Assembly: GCA_965243205.1 (NCBI GenBank)
Contig: CBDEUK010000001.1
Coordinates: 1 to 64,000, forward strand
Length of the DNA stretch: 64,000 bases
DNA from: Gammaproteobacteria bacterium
GTDB lineage: Bacteria > Pseudomonadota > Gammaproteobacteria > Eutrophobiales > Eutrophobiaceae
Direction of reading: 5' to 3'
The notes under the pieces are model-generated. The model did no database searches. It was not told the origin of the DNA and was given only the letters and a program-made list of their open reading frames with translations. The position numbers were made by a program, and so were the translations under genes. Of this stretch, positions 59,225-64,000 are shown piece by piece; position 1 is the stretch's first letter; each line of letters begins with the position of its first letter.

Positions 59225-59626
59225 TTAATTATAATTACTAATTGAATCGCAGTATGAGGGTGCAAGCAATAATGTGCTATTTTTATTGAAATTAATTATT
59301 AATAATTCATGATTTTTTGTATATTTTCCTTTCAATAAAGTATCAAACAATCTTGGTTTTAAATATTCATTTTTTAAATGATGTGGAAATTTATATTCAA
59401 AAAGTTTTTTTTCAGCGGTTTTTATCCTAAAACAATCAAAATTAAAAGGGACCTCTTTTTGTTCTCCTGAATTAATAGAATCTAGTTTAACTTTAGAATA
59501 TATAGAAATAATAAAAATTTCTTTATTAGTTTCATTAGCTAAAATTAACTTAGAATTAATGGCACACCCAGACAGTAATATAAATAAAAACCAAATAGAC
59601 ATTAAATGTTTAGCAAATAAATACAT
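59225..59626 (-). CDS. Lipoprotein, putative RHS immunity protein
   Basis: Lipobox LLSGC; very AT-rich; TAATG coupling to the RHS gene. Confidence 0.7.
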   Translation of the reverse strand: MYLFAKHLMSIWFLFILLSGCAINSKLILANETNKEIFIISIYSKVKLDSINSGEQKEVPFNFDCFRIKTAEKKLFEYKFPHHLKNEYLKPRLFDTLLKGKYTKNHELLIINFNKNSTLLLAPSYCDSISNYN

Positions 59627-62600
59627 TAAAACACTGTATCTTGCATCGGCCCTGTTTCCATAAAATTATTTTGATGCCATTTATCAACTGGATGCAATAA
59701 ATCAGGATGTGGTTCTCTAAAAATTGAAGTCATCCCACCAATAATATGAGAAGGGAAATAAGCTGGGCCCAGAATCTGAGATTGTAAGGTATGTCTGAAC
59801 TCCTCACCATAAACTGTAAAATCTGTTGGAGTTTTTAAGAAATGAACATTCGATGAATCAGGTGATACATTCTGTCCATAAATAACAGCATTTCCAAATG
59901 TCATAGCTGTTGCCATCAGTGGATTATTTGTAAATTGCACAGCATTATTCTCAAATGTGATATTAGGATTAGTATTCATTGCTAATCCTACAAGATGACC
60001 AATACCTCCGTAAGTTAAACCTACAATTGTATTTGGCCCTGCCCATATTTTACTAGCAACGTCTAATGATCCTCTAAAAACTTTTCCTTCAAAATTATAA
60101 CCACTATTTGTACCATCTAATTGCAATGTAGAATTATATTTAAATGCTGCATTTGCAAATGAAAATGCGGTAGATGATTTGAAGCCATCTAAGAAGTCAC
60201 CACCTTCTAGCTCCGAACGAGCACCACCAATTGTACCATTAGCCAATACTCTAGAAGCACTCCATGTATTTCCAAAATATGATTTTACTCCGCCTAAAGC
60301 CGCTCCAGATAAACCACCTAATACTCCACTCTCTAAATCTCCACCTGTAATTGCTCCAAACACAAACCCACCTGTTGCGCCACCAATAATATTTGCTACA
60401 GTAAACGCGGCCTCTAAAGTTATTGCACTACCAGATGCAATAGCCCCAGCAGCAAAATCTAATGCTGCATTATAAGCTAACCCTCCCGTATACCATGCAG
60501 TAACGCCTATAACTAATGCATTTATTAATGAGTTCCCTCCTGTAATTTTATTTAATGTGCTATTTATAAAACCAAGAACTCCATCTATCACATCAGTTAC
60601 AAAATCAATTATATCATCCCCGATTGTTACAGCTACAATAGCAGCAGCAATAAGACCAATAATGAAATGCCCGCTTGGATCGGTAAAACTCAACGGATTA
60701 TTATTTACATAAGTGTATCGATTAAAGTTTTGCTGAACTTCTGGGTATTGTATAAATGGATCTGGACTTAAGAAGCGCCCTAAGTCAGGGTCATACACAC
60801 GACCACCCATGTGAATGAGACCCACATCATCTAAGTATTGATGCCCAGTAAAACATCGGTTGGTTTCACTCGAGAACACTTGTGCTATGGCATCATCCCA
60901 GGTCGGTTGACGACGCTTACCATGTGGGTCATAACTTAAACTCTCAGCAACACCTGCCGTCTCATCCGTAATAGCTGTTATCGAACCTAAATGGTCTCGA
61001 TGTAAATAACGCGTCTCTTCTGTATCATTGTTAGTACTCGAAATATCATCAATCGATTTAAACAGGCCAATCGTTTGACCACCCGCTTTTAAATAATGAA
61101 TATAAGTGGTTTTACCTACCTTGCCGTCTATCTCAAACACCGAGTTCACATACGTACGGATTTCAGATGGATTCGAACCATTCGTCACCGTTTGTTGCAC
61201 CATCTCCCGACTCGCACCGTACTTAAACGCAATGTTGGTAGAACCTTGATCGATTTGTAATGGCTTGTTGTAACTGCTCCACGTTATGGTGCGCGTAGCG
61301 CTTGCAGTAAAATTATAGTTTTGTGTGACGTTACCGTTCGCATCATAGAGAACGTTATGACCACCGATCGATGTCACCGCATGTGGACGTGGACCACCAT
61401 AAATATACGTACCACTGACACCCGTCTTAGTTTTAATATTACCTAACGCATCATAGGTGTAGTTTTTTATCGTCCCGTTAAGAACGCTTTGTTTAATACG
61501 ATTCAAATCGTCGTATAAAAAACTTTCTGTATTGGTCTGAGTAATGTCTTCACGTTCAGTTAAGTTACCAATGACATCAAATGTGAACGTTAAGTCTTGA
61601 ATGTTATTGACCAACGCAGGTGAGCTCGTACCAATCGCATTCACCAAACCCGTCTCCGGTGTATACCCCATGTTGGTGATCACACCATTGTCGTATTTTT
61701 GTTTGGTCACCTTACCTTCGGCATCCATCAACATCACGGTGTAATACTCTTCCGTGATGTCATCGGCGTTATAAACCAAATCCAGATAACCGCGTGCATT
61801 GTATTGATGTTTGACTTTCAAACGGCCACTATCATGCGCCCGTTGTGGATAGGTAATGACATCGACTCTGCCTGAACTGTCGTAGGTTTGTTCTTGAACA
61901 TGTGTACCCACCACACCCGTGATGGTGGTTGAGGTCGAACTCAACCGACCGTAACCATCGTACACATAACTCTCATCTTTGCCTTCAGCCGAACTGACAC
62001 TAATGAGTTTGCCAATCGAGTGTGCTGTTTGACCCGCCGCGTAGTTACTGCCACTCGCATAGTCATACACCCATGTTGATGTTCCTTCGGCTTCGACTCT
62101 CTGCGTCATGCGACCTAACTTATCATAGGTCATTGTCACCGTTTGACTCTTTGCATCCGTTTGACTCACCAACTCACCTAAGGCGTTGTAGGTATAACTC
62201 CAGATACCCATATCCGGGTCATCCATACCCGTCTTACGACCGCGTAAGTCATATAGATTCGTCGTTGTGTTGTTATTGCTATCGGTTAGCGTCCTTAAGT
62301 TACCAAAGGGTTCATATTCATAGGTAGCGATATTGTTGAGATTGTCTTCAGTTGATACCAACTGTCCAATCGCATTATTGGTACGAGTATTAGTTTGACT
62401 TAAAAAAACATTGGTCTCGCTGACCGACAAACCGACATAACTCGTAGTAGTTTCAACACCGTTCACATGATCTGGATGCGGCGCGATGCGTTTAACTGAA
62501 CGACCCACCACATCGTATTCAATTGCGTGCCAGTAACTGGTACTACCCGCGTAGTATGGACGAGATTTGGCCACTACTTGACCCAACTGATTGTATTCCG

Positions 62601-63516
62601 TATCAACGTATATCAACGTACCATCAAAGCCTTGGCTTTGAACTCTCAACTCACGACCTAAGGCATCTGAATACGCCACACTAGTTGGAGCACCACTAGC
62701 TTGAGTCGTAACCGATAATGCACCGTTCAATGGACATGCAGTATTGCCACTTTCTCCCTGGAAGCCATGACACCATTCTCGCGTCACGGTGGTCGACGTG
62801 CCATCGGCCCTAACCTCACTCGTTTGACGGCCAAATGAGTCATAAACCCATGTCGTCATTAATTGATTTGGACCTGTTAAGGTCTTCATCACACCAAACT
62901 TCGCATCATAGGTTCGAGTTTCATTGTGGCCCAACGCATTTGTCGTGCTAATTGCAAATTGACCACGCGCATCATACATTGTCGTTGTCGTACGTGATGC
63001 AATAGCAGTAGCTCCGCTTCCACCAGTTACTGTCACACTGGTTTTATTACCAAATGCCACAGTATCGTATCCATAAGTTGTTTCCAGTCGTAATGACGGA
63101 GTGTCAGGTTCGATAATTTCTTTACTTAATAAACCATTTGCGTTGTATTCAAAACTCGATGTACGAGTACCGCAGGTTCCTGTCGTTGGATCAGAATTTG
63201 AACACGTACCGTCTCTCGGATCACCATTGCTTGGTAGATACTGAGTCACCTCGGTTCTTTGCAGCCTATCTAAAAACCATTGAGTTTCATTAGGCGGATA
63301 ATACTGATTAGCCGTATAAGTAGTGTGCGTATCACCATTGCATGTCGTATCTTTACATGTAGTTGAAACCGTAATGGTAGTGGGATTACCGTGATCATCA
63401 TAACTAGTGGTAGTTACCACCTCACTTACTTTGCTACTGGTCGCTGCAAACACTTGCCCTGCAAATAAGAAAAGTAAAGCAATAATAAATTGAGTAACTA
63501 GATTATAGCGTTGCAT
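59626..63516 (-). CDS. RHS/YD-repeat protein with C-terminal toxin-like region and its own signal peptide
   Basis: YD repeats, DHLGS, RVYDPDLGRFLSPDP, NPLSFTDPSG; AAGGAG RBS before MQRYN at 63516. Confidence 0.88.
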   Translation of the reverse strand: MQRYNLVTQFIIALLFLFAGQVFAATSSKVSEVVTTTSYDDHGNPTTITVSTTCKDTTCNGDTHTTYTANQYYPPNETQWFLDRLQRTEVTQYLPSNGDPRDGTCSNSDPTTGTCGTRTSSFEYNANGLLSKEIIEPDTPSLRLETTYGYDTVAFGNKTSVTVTGGSGATAIASRTTTTMYDARGQFAISTTNALGHNETRTYDAKFGVMKTLTGPNQLMTTWVYDSFGRQTSEVRADGTSTTVTREWCHGFQGESGNTACPLNGALSVTTQASGAPTSVAYSDALGRELRVQSQGFDGTLIYVDTEYNQLGQVVAKSRPYYAGSTSYWHAIEYDVVGRSVKRIAPHPDHVNGVETTTSYVGLSVSETNVFLSQTNTRTNNAIGQLVSTEDNLNNIATYEYEPFGNLRTLTDSNNNTTTNLYDLRGRKTGMDDPDMGIWSYTYNALGELVSQTDAKSQTVTMTYDKLGRMTQRVEAEGTSTWVYDYASGSNYAAGQTAHSIGKLISVSSAEGKDESYVYDGYGRLSSTSTTITGVVGTHVQEQTYDSSGRVDVITYPQRAHDSGRLKVKHQYNARGYLDLVYNADDITEEYYTVMLMDAEGKVTKQKYDNGVITNMGYTPETGLVNAIGTSSPALVNNIQDLTFTFDVIGNLTEREDITQTNTESFLYDDLNRIKQSVLNGTIKNYTYDALGNIKTKTGVSGTYIYGGPRPHAVTSIGGHNVLYDANGNVTQNYNFTASATRTITWSSYNKPLQIDQGSTNIAFKYGASREMVQQTVTNGSNPSEIRTYVNSVFEIDGKVGKTTYIHYLKAGGQTIGLFKSIDDISSTNNDTEETRYLHRDHLGSITAITDETAGVAESLSYDPHGKRRQPTWDDAIAQVFSSETNRCFTGHQYLDDVGLIHMGGRVYDPDLGRFLSPDPFIQYPEVQQNFNRYTYVNNNPLSFTDPSGHFIIGLIAAAIVAVTIGDDIIDFVTDVIDGVLGFINSTLNKITGGNSLINALVIGVTAWYTGGLAYNAALDFAAGAIASGSAITLEAAFTVANIIGGATGGFVFGAITGGDLESGVLGGLSGAALGGVKSYFGNTWSASRVLANGTIGGARSELEGGDFLDGFKSSTAFSFANAAFKYNSTLQLDGTNSGYNFEGKVFRGSLDVASKIWAGPNTIVGLTYGGIGHLVGLAMNTNPNITFENNAVQFTNNPLMATAMTFGNAVIYGQNVSPDSSNVHFLKTPTDFTVYGEEFRHTLQSQILGPAYFPSHIIGGMTSIFREPHPDLLHPVDKWHQNNFMETGPMQDTVF

Positions 63517-63634
63517 AGCGTCTCTCCTTAAGACCGGTGCTGTTGCAAATACATTTTTAATAACATTAAATTGAAAAAATGATTGGGCTTTAAAAATCAA
63601 ATCCAGTGTATTAAGTGAGTTCTGTTTCATGACA

Positions 63635-64000
63635 TTAATCCAATTCATAGTCTGTTTTCGTCACACTTGATGCATAGGGAAACAATACACCAGGATGTGG
63701 ATCGTATAATGGTAATGTTGAACTCGTCTTAATCGTCTCAACACCATCCTGCGTCTTCTTATTCGCAAAGGCCGTTATGACTTTACTTAATGGTGCACCG
63801 TCATATTCCTGTTTCGTCTCTTTCACCATACCCACATATGGATAAGCTTGTTCATACGTCGTAGTGGTAATGATGTTGGTATCAACATTAGTACTCGTCA
63901 TTGTTTGAAATCCTAAGAAACCTCTAAAATAAGAACTCTTTGCAATACTATATTGATACGTCGTTTCCGATTGATGAGGAACAATCAAACCACCAGCAAG
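63635..64000 (-). CDS. 3' end of an upstream TcdB-middle/RHS-shell-like gene (partial)
   Basis: Frame open to the window edge; TTYQY..RGFLGF.TMT motif. Confidence 0.7.
   Translation of the reverse strand, partial: LAGGLIVPHQSETTYQYSIAKSSYFRGFLGFQTMTSTNVDTNIITTTTYEQAYPYVGMVKETKQEYDGAPLSKVITAFANKKTQDGVETIKTSSTLPLYDPHPGVLFPYASSVTKTDYELD

Noticed and set aside
63517-63648. 44-aa N-terminal extension of the RHS ORF
   Set aside because: A strong RBS and signal peptide point to the ATG at 63516

Overview
Gammaproteobacterial chromosome segment in three parts. (1) 1-12735 is host core DNA: a PEP-CTERM islet at tRNA-Pro(GGG), merR-ihfA-pheT-pheS-rplT-rpmI-infC-thrS, tRNA-Val(GAC), a YHS protein, uvrB, a class I aminotransferase and tRNA-Asn(GTT). 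(2) 12720-59124 is an apparently complete ~46.4 kb prophage with a non-contractile (siphovirus-like) tail. It is inserted in the 3' end of tRNA-Asn and bounded by a 16-bp direct repeat with one mismatch. (3) 59225-64000 is an RHS toxin/immunity locus. The most striking feature is that the attachment site lies inside the large serine recombinase gene. Integrated, the gene ends with 8 residues read antisense from the tRNA. In the reconstructed circle it ends with a different 24-residue tail whose stop overlaps the start of the first head gene (ATGGATAA), so the ~28 kb late gene block appears to regain its upstream input only after excision. Other notable features: a C5 methyltransferase apparently split over two nested reading frames; a 186-like CII/pE switch built from two ribbon-helix-helix proteins; a duplicated ~68-bp hairpin element before the capsid and tape-measure genes; two extra tyrosine recombinases; an iteron-type origin; a phage csrA; a MuF-metallopeptidase; an RCC1-propeller tail fibre; and an RHS protein apparently split into two genes, the second with its own signal peptide. 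All product calls come from motif recognition by eye; no searches were run.
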